A stretch of DNA of 64,000 nt from Squalus acanthias. Lineage: Eukaryota. A model generated the notes under the pieces. That model was given only the letters and a program-made list of their open reading frames with translations. It had not been told where the DNA came from and searched no databases. The stretch covers positions 186,001-250,000 of the forward strand of contig JASTWF010000365.1 in the NCBI GenBank assembly GCA_030390025.1, written 5' to 3'. Position numbers and translations under genes: made by a program. Shown here piece by piece: positions 1-12,800 of this stretch. How positions within the stretch are numbered: the stretch's first letter is position 1; the number at the start of each line of letters is the position of its first letter.

Positions 1-879
1 AAAGAGAGAGAGACACAGATACAGAAAGAGAGAGAGACAGATACAGAGAGAGAGAGACAGATACAGAAAGAGAGAGACAGATACAGAAAGAGAGAGAGAC
101 ACAGATACAGAAAGAGAGAGAGACAGATACAGAGAGAGAGAGACAGATACAGAAAGAGAGAGACAGATACAGAAAGAGAGAGAGACGGATACAGAAAGAG
201 AGAGAGAGACACAGATGCAGAAAGAGAGAGAGATACAGAAAGAGAGAGAGATACAGAAAGAGAGATACAGAAAGAGAGAGACAGAAAGATAGAGATACAG
301 AAAGAGAGAGATATACAGAAATAGAGAGAGACAGAAAGAGAGAGAGACATACAGAAAGAGAGAGACAGATACAAAAAGAGAGACACAGATACAGAAAGAG
401 AGAGAGACAGAGAGAGAGAGAGATACAGAAAGAGAGAGAGACAGAAAGAGAGAGATACAGAAAGAGAGAGAGACAGATACAGAAAGAAAGAGAAACATAT
501 GCAGAAAGAGAGAGAGACAGATACAGAAAGAAAGAGAAACATATACAGAAAGAGAGAGAGAGACAGATACAGAAAGAGAGAGAGACAGATACAGAGAGAG
601 AGAGAGAGAGATACAGAGAGACAGATACAGAAAGAGAGAGAGACAGATACAGAGAGAGAGAGAGAGAGATACAGAAAGAAAGAGAAACATATACAGAAAG
701 AGAGAGAGAGACAGATAGAGAAAGAGAGAGAGACAGATACAGAGAGAGAGACAGATACAGAGAGAGAGAGAGACAGATACAGAGAGAGAGAGACAGATAC
801 AGAAAGAGAGAGAGAGACAGATACAGAAAGAGAGAGAGACAGATACAGAGAGAGAGAGACAGATACAGAAAGAGAGAGA

Positions 880-3800
880 CGGATACAGAAAGAGAGAGAG
901 ACAGATACAGAAAGAGAGAGACAGAAAGAGAGAGAGAGAAAGAAAGAGAGAGACAGAAAGAGAGAGGGAGAAAGAGAGAGAGAGAAAGAGAGAGAGAACG
1001 AGAGAGAGACAGATACGGAAAGAGACAGATACGGAAAGAGAGACAGATGCAGAAAGAGAGAGAGAGAGAGATACAGAAAGAGAGAGAGAGACAGTTACAG
1101 AAAGAGAGAGAGGCAGATGCAGAAAGAGAGAGACAGAAACAGACAAAGATACAGAAAGAGAGAGACAGACAGAAAGAGAGAGACAGAAAGAGAGTTACAG
1201 AAAGAGAGAGAAACAGACACAGAAAGAGAGAGATACAGAAAGAGAGAGAGAGAAAGAGAGAGAGAGATACAGAAAGAGAGAGAGACGGATACATAAAAAG
1301 AGAGAAACAGATACAGAAAGAGAGAGAGACAGAAAGAGAGAGAGAGAGACAGATACAGAAAGAGAGAGAGACAGATACAGAAAGAGAGAGAGACAGATAC
1401 AGAAAGAGAGAGAGATACAGAAAGAGAGACAGATACAGATACAGAAAGAGAGACAGATACAGAAAGAGAGAGACAGATACAGAAAGAGAGAGAGACAGGA
1501 ATAGAGAGAGACAGAAAGAGAGAGAGACATACAGAAAGAGAGAGACAGATACAGAAAGAGAGAGACAGAAAGAGAGAAACAGACACAGAAAGAGAGAGAG
1601 ACAGAAAGAGAGAGAGATACAGAAAGAGAGAGAGAGACAGAGAGAGATACAGAGAGAGAGACAGATACAGAGAGATACAGAAAGAGAGAAACAGACACAG
1701 AAAGAGAGTGAGACAGAAAGAGAGAGAGAGCGACAGATACAGAAAGAGACAGAGAAAGATACAGAAAGAGAGATACAGAAAGAGAGAGAGACAGAAGGAG
1801 AGATACAAAAAGAGAGAGAGACGGATACAGAAAAAGAGAGAGACAGATACAGAAAGAGAGAGAGAGAGAGAGACAGAAATAGAGAGTGAGAAAGAGAGAG
1901 ATAGAGAAAGAGAGACAGAAAGAGAGAGAGAGACAGATACAGGAATTATACAGAAAGAGAGAGATGCAGAAAGAGAGAGAGAGACTGATGCAGAAAGAGA
2001 GATACAGAAAGAGAGAGAGATACAGAAAGAGAGATACAGAAAGAGAGAGACAGATACAGAACGAGAGAGAGACAGATACAGAAAGAGAGAGACAGATCCA
2101 GAAAGAGAGAGAGAGATACATAGAGAGACAGAAAGAGAGAGAGACAGATACAGAACGAGAGAGAGACAGAGAGAGAGACAGATACAGAAAGAGAGAGAGA
2201 CAGATACAGAAAGAGAGGGAGATACAGAAAGAGGGAGAAACACAAAGAGAGAGAGAGACATACAGAAAGAGAGAGACAGATACAGAAAGAGATAGACAGA
2301 AAGAGAGAGAGATACAGAAAGAGAGAGACAGAAAGAGAGAAAGATACAGAAAGAGAAAGAGACAGATACAGAAAGAAAGTGAAACAGATACAGAAAGAGA
2401 GAGAGACAGAAAGAGAGAGAGAGAGATAGATAAATAAAGAGAGAGAGAAAGATACAGAAAGAGAGAGAAACAGAAAGAGAGAGAGAGATACAGAAAGAGA
2501 GAGAGACAGAAGGAGAGATAGAGAAAGAGAGAGAGAAAGATACAGAAAGAGAGACAGACACAGATACAGAAAGAGAGAGAGACAGATACAGAGATAGAGA
2601 GACAGATACAGAAAGAGAGAGAGAGACAGATACAGAAAGAGAGAGACAGATACAGAAAGAGAGACAGACACAGATACAGAAAGAGAGAGAGACAGATACA
2701 GAAAGAGAGAGAGACACAGATACAGAAAGAGAGAGAGACGGATACAGAAAGAGAGAGAGACAGATACAGAAAGAGAGAGAGACAGATGCAGAAAGAGAGA
2801 GATACAGAAAGAGAGAGAGATACAGAAGAGAGAGAGACAGAAAGATAGAGATACAGAAAGAGAGAGATATACAGAAATAGAGAGAGACAGAAAGAGAGAG
2901 AGACATATAGAAAGAGAGAGAGAGACAGAAAGAGAGAGGGAGAAAGAGAGAGATAGAGAAAGAGAGACAGAAAGAGAGAGAGAGACAGATACAGGAATTA
3001 TACAGAAAGAGAGAGAGAGATGCAGAAAGAGAGAGAGAGATTCAGAAAGAAAGAGAGAGACAGATACAGAAAGAGAGAGACACACAGATACAGAAAGAAA
3101 GAGTGATACAGATACAGAGAGAGAGCGACAGATACAGAAAGAGAGAGAGACAGGTACAGAAAGAGAGAGAGAGATACAGAAAGAGGGACACAGATACAGA
3201 AAGAAAGAGTGAGACAGATACAGAAAGCGAGAGAGTCAGATACAGAAAGAGAGAGAGGGATACAGAAAGAGAGAGAGACAGATACAGAAAGAGAGAGACA
3301 GAAAGAGAGAGAGAAAGAAAGAGAGAGACAGAAAGAGAGAGGGAGAAAGACAGAGAGAGAAAGAGAGAGAGAACGAGAGAGAGACAGATACGGAAAGAGA
3401 CAGATACGGAAAGAGAGACAGATGCAGAAAGAGAGAGAGAGAGAGATACAGAAAGAGAGAGAGAGACAGTTACAGAAAGAGAGAGAGGCAGATACAGAAA
3501 GAGAGAGACAGAAACAGACAGAGATACAGAAAGAGAAAGACAGACAGAAAGAGAGAGACAGAAAGAGAGTTACAGAAAGAGAGAGAAACAGACACAGAAA
3601 GAGAGAGATACAGAAAGAGAGAGAGAGAAAGAGAGAGAGAGATACAGAAAGAGAGAGAGACGGATACATAAAAAGAGAGAAACAGATACAGAAAGAGAGA
3701 GAGACAGAAAGAGAGAGAGAGAGACAGATACAGAAAGAGAGAGAGACAGATACAGAAAGAGAGAGAGACAGATACAGAAAGAGAGAGAGATACAGAAAGA

Positions 3801-6800
3801 GAGACAGATACAGATACAGAAAGAGAGACAGATACAGAAAGAGAGAGACAGATACAGAAAGAGAGAGAGACAGGAATAGAGAGAGACAGAAAGAGAGAGA
3901 GACATACAGAAAGAGAGAGACAGATACAGAAAGAGAGAGACAGAAAGAGAGAAACAGACACAGAAAGAGAGAGAGACAGAAAGAGAGAGAGATACAGAAA
4001 GAGAGAGAGAGACAGAGAGAGAGATACAGAGAGAGAGACAGATACAGAGAGATACAGAAAGAGAGAAACAGACACAGAAAGAGAGTGAGACAGAAAGAGA
4101 GAGAGAGCGACAGATACAGAAAGAGACAGAGAAAGATACAGAAAGAGAGATACAGAAAGAGAGAGAGACAGAAGGAGAGATACAAAAAGAGAGAGAGACG
4201 GATACAGAAAAAGAGAGAGACAGATACAGAAAGAGAGAGAGAGAGAGAGACAGAAATAGAGAGTGAGAAAGAGAGAGATAGAGAAAGAGAGACAGAAAGA
4301 GAGAGAGAGACAGATACAGGAATTATACAGAAAGAGAGAGATGCAGAAAGAGAGAGAGAGACTGATGCAGAAAGAGAGATACAGAAAGAGAGAGAGATAC
4401 AGAAAGAGAGATACAGAAAGAGAGAGACAGATACAGAACGAGAGAGAGACAGATACAGAAAGAGAGAGACAGAGCCAGAAAGAGAGAGAGAGATACATAG
4501 AGAGACAGAAAGAGAGAGAGACAGATACAGAACGAGAGAGAGACAGAGAGAGAGACAGATACAGAAAGAGAGAGAGACAGATACAGAAAGAGAGGGAGAT
4601 ACAGAAAGAGGGAGAAACACAAAGAGAGAGAGAGACATACAGAAAGAGAGAGACAGATACAGAAAGAGAGAGACAGAAAGAGAGAGAGATACAGAAAGAG
4701 AGAGACAGAAAGAGAGAAACATACAGAAAGAGAAAGAGACAGATACAGAAAGAAAGTGAAACAGATACAGAAAGAGAGAGAGACAGAAAGAGAGAGAGAG
4801 AGATAGATAAATAAAGAGAGAGAGAAAGATACAGAAAGAGAGAGAAACAGAAAGAGAGAGAGAGATACAGAAAGAGAGAGAGACAGAAGGAGAGATAGAG
4901 AAAGAGAGAGAGAAAGATACAGAAAGAGAGACAGACACAGATACAGAAAGAGAGAGAGACAGATACAGAGATAGAGAGACAGATACAGAAAGAGAGAGAG
5001 AGACAGATACAGAAAGAGAGAGACAGATACAGAAAGAGAGACAGACACAGATACAGAAAGAGAGAGAGACAGATACAGAAAGAGAGAGAGACACAGATAC
5101 AGAAAGAGAGAGAGACGGATACAGAAAGAGAGAGAGACAGATACAGAAAGAGAGAGAGACAGATGCAGAAAGAGAGAGATACAGAAAGAGAGAGAGATAC
5201 AGAAAGAGAGAGAGACAGAAAGATAGAGATACAGAAAGAGAGAGATATACAGAAATAGAGAGAGACAGAAAGAGAGAGAGACATATAGAAAGAGAGAGAG
5301 AGAGAGACAGAAAGAGAGAGGGAGAAAGAGAGAGATAGAGAAAGAGAGACAGAAAGAGAGAGAGAGACAGATACAGGAATTATACAGAAAGAGAGAGAGA
5401 GATGCAGAAAGAGAGAGAGAGATTCAGAAAGAAAGAGAGAGACAGATACAGAAAGAGAGAGACACACAGATACAGAAAGAAAGAGTGATACAGATACAGA
5501 GAGAGAGCGACAGATACAGAAAGAGAGAGAGACAGATACAGAAAGAGAGAGAGAGATACAGAAAGAGGGACACAGATACAGAAAGAAAGAGTGAGACAGA
5601 TACAGAAAGCGAGAGAGTCAGATACAGAAAGAGAGAGAGAGATACAGAAAGAGAGAGAGACAGATACAGAAAGAGAGAGAGACACAGATACAGAAAGAGA
5701 GAGAGAGATACAGAAAGAGGGACACAGATACAGAAAGAAAGAGTGAGACAGATACAGAAAGCGAGAGAGTCAGATACAGAAAGAGAGAGAGAGATACAGA
5801 AAGAGAGAGACACAGATACAGAAAGAGAGAGAGACAGATACAGAAAGAGAGAGAGAGAGATACAGAAAGAGAGCGAGACAGATACAGAAAGAGAGACAGA
5901 CACAGATACAGAAAGAGAGAGACACAGATACAGAAAGAGAGAGAGAGACAGATACAGAAAGAGAGACAGATACAGAAAGAGAGAGAGAGCGAGATACGGA
6001 AAGAAAGAGAGAGACATATACAGAAAGAGAGAGAGACAGATACAGAAAGAGAGAGAGACAGATACAGAAAGAATGAGAGAGACAGATACAGAAAGAGAGA
6101 GACGGATACAGAAAGAGAGAGAGAGACATATACAGAAAGAGAGAGAGAGCCAGATACAGAAAGAGAGAGAGAGTCAGATACAGAAAGAAAGAGAGAGACA
6201 GATACAGAAAGAGAGAGAGAGATACAGAGAGAGACAGATACAGAAAGAGAGAGACACAGATACAGAAAGAGAGAGACAGATACAGAAAGAGAGAGACAGA
6301 TACAGAAAGAGAGAGAGACACAGATACAGAAAGAGAGGGAGAGATACAGAAAGAGAGAGAGACAGATACAGAAAGAGAGGGAGAGATACAGAAAGAGAGA
6401 GTCAGAAACAAAAAGAGAGAGAGAGAGATACGGAAAGAAAGAGAGAGACAGATACAGAAAGAGAAAGACAGATACAGAAAGAGAGAGAGAGACAGATACA
6501 GAAAGAGAGACAGATACAGAAAGAGAGAGAGAGCGAGATACGGAAAGAAAGAGAGAGACATATACAGAAAGAGAGAGAGACAGATACAGAAAGAGAGAGA
6601 GACAGATACAGAAAGAATGAGAGAGACAGATACAGAAAGAGAGAGACGGATACATAAAAAGAGAGAAACAGATACAGAAAGAGAGAGAGACAGAAAGAGA
6701 GAGAGAGAGACAGATACAGAAAGAGAGAGAGACAGATACAGAAAGAGAGAGAGACAGATACAGAAAGAGAGAGAGATACAGAAAGAGAGACAGATACAGA

Positions 6801-9800
6801 TACAGAAAGAGAGACAGATACAGAAAGAGAGAGACAGATACAGAAAGAGAGAGAGACAGGAATAGAGAGAGACAGAAAGAGAGAGAGACATACAGAAAGA
6901 GAGAGACAGATACAGAAAGAGAGAGACAGAAAGAGAGAAACAGACACAGAAAGAGAGAGAGACAGAAAGAGAGAGAGATACAGAAAGAGAGAGAGAGACA
7001 GAGAGAGAGATACAGAGAGAGAGACAGATACAGAGAGATACAGAAAGAGAGAAACAGACACAGAAAGAGAGTGAGACAGAAAGAGAGAGAGAGCGACAGA
7101 TACAGAAAGAGACAGAGAAAGATACAGAAAGAGAGATACAGAAAGAGAGAGAGACAGAAGGAGAGATACAAAAAGAGAGAGAGACGGATACAGAAAAAGA
7201 GAGAGACAGATACAGAAAGAGAGAGAGAGAGAGAGACAGAAATAGAGAGTGAGAAAGAGAGAGATAGAGAAAGAGAGACAGAAAGAGAGAGAGAGACAGA
7301 TACAGGAATTATACAGAAAGAGAGAGATGCAGAAAGAGAGAGAGAGACTGATGCAGAAAGAGAGATACAGAAAGAGAGAGAGATACAGAAAGAGAGATAC
7401 AGAAAGAGAGAGACAGATACAGAACGAGAGAGAGACAGATACAGAAAGAGAGAGACAGATCCAGAAAGAGAGAGAGAGATACATAGAGAGACAGAAAGAG
7501 AGAGAGACAGATACAGAACGAGAGAGAGACAGAGAGAGAGACAGATACAGAAAGAGAGAGAGACAGATACAGAAAGAGAGGGAGATACAGAAAGAGGGAG
7601 AAACACAAAGAGAGAGAGAGACATACAGAAAGAGAGAGACAGATACAGAAAGAGAGAGACAGAAAGAGAGAGAGATACAGAAAGAGAGAGACAGAAAGAG
7701 AGAAAGATACAGAAAGAGAAAGAGACAGATACAGAAAGAAAGTGAAACAGATACAGAAAGAGAGAGAGACAGAAAGAGAGAGAGAGAGATAGATAAATAA
7801 AGAGAGAGAGAAAGATACAGAAAGAGAGAGAAACAGAAAGAGAGAGAGAGATACAGAAAGAGAGAGAGACAGAAGGAGAGATAGAGAAAGAGAGAGAGAA
7901 AGATACAGAAAGAGAGACAGACACAGATACAGAAAGAGAGAGAGACAGATACAGAAAGAGAGAGACAGATACAGAAAGAGAGACAGACACAGATACAGAA
8001 AGAGAGAGAGACAGATACAGAAAGAGAGAGAGACACAGATACAGAAAGAGAGAGAGACGGATACAGAAAGAGAGAGAGACAGATACAGAAAGAGAGAGAG
8101 ACAGATGCAGAAAGAGAGAGATACAGAAAGAGAGAGAGATACAGAAAGAGAGAGAGACAGAAAGATAGAGATACAGAAAGAGAGAGATATACAGAAATAG
8201 AGAGAGACAGAAAGAGAGAGAGACATATAGAAAGAGAGAGAGAGAGAGACAGAAAGAGAGAGGGAGAAAGAGAGAGATAGAGAAAGAGAGACAGAAAGAG
8301 AGAGAGAGACAGATACAGGAATTATACAGAAAGAGAGAGAGAGATGCAGAAAGAGAGAGAGAGATTCAGAAAGAAAGAGAGAGACAGATACAGAAAGAGA
8401 GAGACACACAGATACAGAAAGAAAGAGTGATACAGATACAGAGAGAGAGCGACAGATACAGAAAGAGAGAGAGACAGATACAGAAAGAGAGAGAGAGATA
8501 CAGAAAGAGGGACACAGATACAGAAAGAAAGAGTGAGACAGATACAGAAAGAGAGAGAGACAGATACAGAAAGAGAGAGAGACACAGATACAGAAAGAGA
8601 GAGAGAGATACAGATAGCGAAAGAGAGAGAGACAGATACAGAAAGAGAGAGAGAGACACAGATACAGAAAGAGAGAGAGACAGATACAGAAAGAGAGAGA
8701 GATACAGAAAGAGAGCGAGACAGATACAGAAAGAGAGACAGACACAGATACAGAAAGAGAGAGACACAGATACAGAAAGAGAGAGAGAGACAGATACAGA
8801 AAGAGAGACAGATACAGAAAGAGAGAGAGAGCGAGATACGGAAAGAAAGAGAGAGACATATACAGAAAGAGAGAGAGACAGATACAGAAAGAGAGAGAGA
8901 CAGATACAGAAAGAATGAGAGAGACAGATACAGAAAGAGAGAGACGGATACATAAAAAGAGAGAAACAGATACAGAAAGAGAGAGAGACAGAAAGAGAGA
9001 GAGAGAGACAGATACAGAAAGAGAGAGAGACAGATACAGAAAGAGAGAGAGACAGATACAGAAAGAGAGAGAGATACAGAAAGAGAGACAGATACAGATA
9101 CAGAAAGAGAGACAGATACAGAAAGAGAGAGACAGATACAGAAAGAGAGAGAGACAGGAATAGAGAGAGACAGAAAGAGAGAGAGACATACAGAAAGAGA
9201 GAGACAGATACAGAAAGAGAGAGACAGAAAGAGAGAAACAGACACAGAAAGAGAGAGAGACAGAAAGAGAGAGAGATACAGAAAGAGAGAGAGAGACAGA
9301 GAGAGAGATACAGAGAGAGAGACAGATACAGAGAGATACAGAAAGAGAGAAACAGACACAGAAAGAGAGTGAGACAGAAAGAGAGAGAGAGCGACAGATA
9401 CAGAAAGAGACAGAGAAAGATACAGAAAGAGAGATACAGAAAGAGAGAGAGACAGAAGGAGAGATACAAAAAGAGAGAGAGACGGATACAGAAAAAGAGA
9501 GAGACAGATACAGAAAGAGAGAGAGAGAGAGAGACAGAAATAGAGAGTGAGAAAGAGAGAGATAGAGAAAGAGAGACAGAAAGAGAGAGAGAGACAGATA
9601 CAGGAATTATACAGAAAGAGAGAGATGCAGAAAGAGAGAGAGAGACTGATGCAGAAAGAGAGATACAGAAAGAGAGAGAGATACAGAAAGAGAGATACAG
9701 AAAGAGAGAGACAGATACAGAACGAGAGAGAGACAGATACAGAAAGAGAGAGACAGATCCAGAAAGAGAGAGAGAGATACATAGAGAGACAGAAAGAGAG

Positions 9801-12800
9801 AGAGACAGATACAGAACGAGAGAGAGACAGAGAGAGAGACAGATACAGAAAGAGAGAGAGACAGATACAGAAAGAGAGGGAGATACAGAAAGAGGGAGAA
9901 ACACAAAGAGAGAGAGAGACATACAGAAAGAGAGAGACAGATACAGAAAGAGAGAGACAGAAAGAGAGAGAGATACAGAAAGAGAGAGACAGAAAGAGAG
10001 AAAGATACAGAAAGAGAAAGAGACAGATACAGAAAGAAAGTGAAACAGATACAGAAAGAGAGAGAGACAGAAAGAGAGAGAGAGAGATAGATAAATAAAG
10101 AGAGAGAGAAAGATACAGAAAGAGAGAGAAACAGAAAGAGAGAGAGAGATACAGAAAGAGAGAGAGACAGAAGGAGAGATAGAGAAAGAGAGAGAGAAAG
10201 ATACAGAAAGAGAGACAGACACAGATACAGAAAGAGAGAGAGACAGATACAGAGATAGAGAGACAGATACAGAAAGAGAGAGAGAGACAGATACAGAAAG
10301 AGAGAGACAGATACAGAAAGAGAGACAGACACAGATACAGAAAGAGAGAGAGACAGATACAGAAAGAGAGAGAGACACAGATACAGAAAGAGAGAGAGAC
10401 GGATACAGAAAGAGAGAGAGACAGATACAGAAAGAGAGAGAGACAGATGCAGAAAGAGAGAGATACAGAAAGAGAGAGAGATACAGAAAGAGAGAGAGAC
10501 AGAAAGATAGAGATACAGAAAGAGAGAGATAGACAGAAATAGAGAGAGACAGAAAGAGAGAGAGACATATAGAAAGAGAGAGAGAGAGAGACAGAAAGAG
10601 AGAGGGAGAAAGAGAGAGATAGAGAAAGAGAGACAGAAAGAGAGAGAGAGACAGATACAGGAATTATACAGAAAGAGAGAGAGAGATGCAGAAAGAGAGA
10701 GAGAGATTCAGAAAGAAAGAGAGAGACAGATACAGAAAGAGAGAGACACACAGATACAGAAAGAAAGAGTGATACAGATACAGAGAGAGAGCGACAGATA
10801 CAGAAAGAGAGAGAGACAGATACAGAAAGAGAGAGAGAGATACAGAAAGAGGGACACAGATACAGAAAGAAAGAGTGAGACAGATACAGAAAGCGAGAGA
10901 GTCAGATACAGAAAGAGAGAGAGAGATACAGAAAGAGAGAGAGACAGATACAGAAAGAGAGAGAGACACAGATACAGAAAGAGAGAGAGAGATACAGATA
11001 GCGAAAGAGAGAGAGACAGATACAGAAAGAGAGAGAGAGACACAGATACAGAAAGAGAGAGAGACAGATACAGAAAGAGAGAGAGAGAGATACAGAAAGA
11101 GAGCGAGACAGATACAGAAAGAGAGACAGACACAGATACAGAAAGAGAGAGACACAGATACAGAAAGAGAGAGAGAGACAGATACAGAAAGAGAGACAGA
11201 TACAGAAAGAGAGAGAGAGCGAGATACGGAAAGAAAGAGAGAGACATATACAGAAAGAGAGAGAGACAGATACAGAAAGAGAGAGAGACAGATACAGAAA
11301 GAATGAGAGAGACAGATACAGAAAGAGAGAGACGGATACAGAAAGAGAGAGAGAGACATATACAGAAAGAGAGAGAGAGCCAGATACAGAAAGAGAGAGA
11401 GAGTCAGATACAGAAAGAAAGAGAGAGACAGATACAGAAAGAGAGAGAGAGATACAGAGAGAGACAGATACAGAAAGAGAGAGACACAGATACAGAAAGA
11501 GAGAGACAGATACAGAAAGAGAGAGACAGATACAGAAAGAGAGAGAGACACAGATACAGAAAGAGAGGGAGAGATACAGAAAGAGAGAGAGACAGATACA
11601 GAAAGAGAGGGAGAGATACAGAAAGAGAGAGTCAGAAACAGAAAGAGAGAGAGAGAGATACGGAAAGAAAGAGAGAGACAGATACAGAAAGAGAAAGACA
11701 GATACAGAAAGAGAGAGAGACAGATACAGAAAGAGAGATACAGAAAGAGAGAGAGACAGAAGGAGAGATACAAAAAGAGAGAGAGACGGATACAGAAAAA
11801 GAGAGAGACAGATACAGAAAGAGAGAGAGAGAGAGAGACAGAAATAGAGAGTGAGAAAGAGAGAGATAGAGAAAGAGAGACAGAAAGAGAGAGAGAGACA
11901 GATACAGGAATTATACAGAAAGAGAGAGATGCAGAAAGAGAGAGAGAGACTGATGCAGAAAGAGAGATACAGAAAGTGAGAGAGATACAGAAAGAGAGAT
12001 ACAGAAAGAGAGAGACAGATACAGAACGAGAGAGAGACAGATACAGAAAGAGAGAGACAGATCCAGAAAGAGAGAGAGAGATACATAGAGAGACAGAAAG
12101 AGAGAGAGACAGATACAGAATGAGAGAGACAGAGAGAGAGACAGATACAGAAAGAGAGAGAGACAGATACAGAAAGAGAGGGAGATACAGAAAGAGGGAG
12201 AAACACAAAGAGAGAGAGAGACATACAGAAAGAGAGAGACAGATACAGAAAGAGAGAGACAGAAAGAGAGAGAGATACAGAAAGAGAGAGAGACAGAAAG
12301 AGAGAGAGAGATACAGAAAGAGAGAGACAGAAAGAGAGAAAGATACAGAAAGAGAAAGAGACAGATACAGAAAGAAAGTGAAACAGATACAGAAAGAGAG
12401 AGAGACAGAAAGAGAGAGAGAGAGATAGATAAATAAAGAGAGAGAGAGAAAGATACAGAAAGAGAGAGAAACAGAAAGAGAGAGAGAGATACAGAAAGAG
12501 AGAGAGACAGAAGGAGAGATAGAGAAAGAGAGAGAGAAAGATACAGAAAGAGAGACAGACACAGATACAGAAAGAGAGAGAGACAGATACAGAGATAGAG
12601 AGACAGATACAGAAAGAGAGAGAGAGACAGATACAGAAAGAGAGAGACAGATACAGAAAGAGAGACAGACACAGATACAGAAAGAGTGAGAGACAGATAC
12701 AGAAAGAGAGAGAGACACAGATACAGAAAGAGAGAGAGACGGATACAGAAAGAGAGAGAGACAGATACAGAAAGAGAGAGAGACAGATGCAGAAAGAGAG

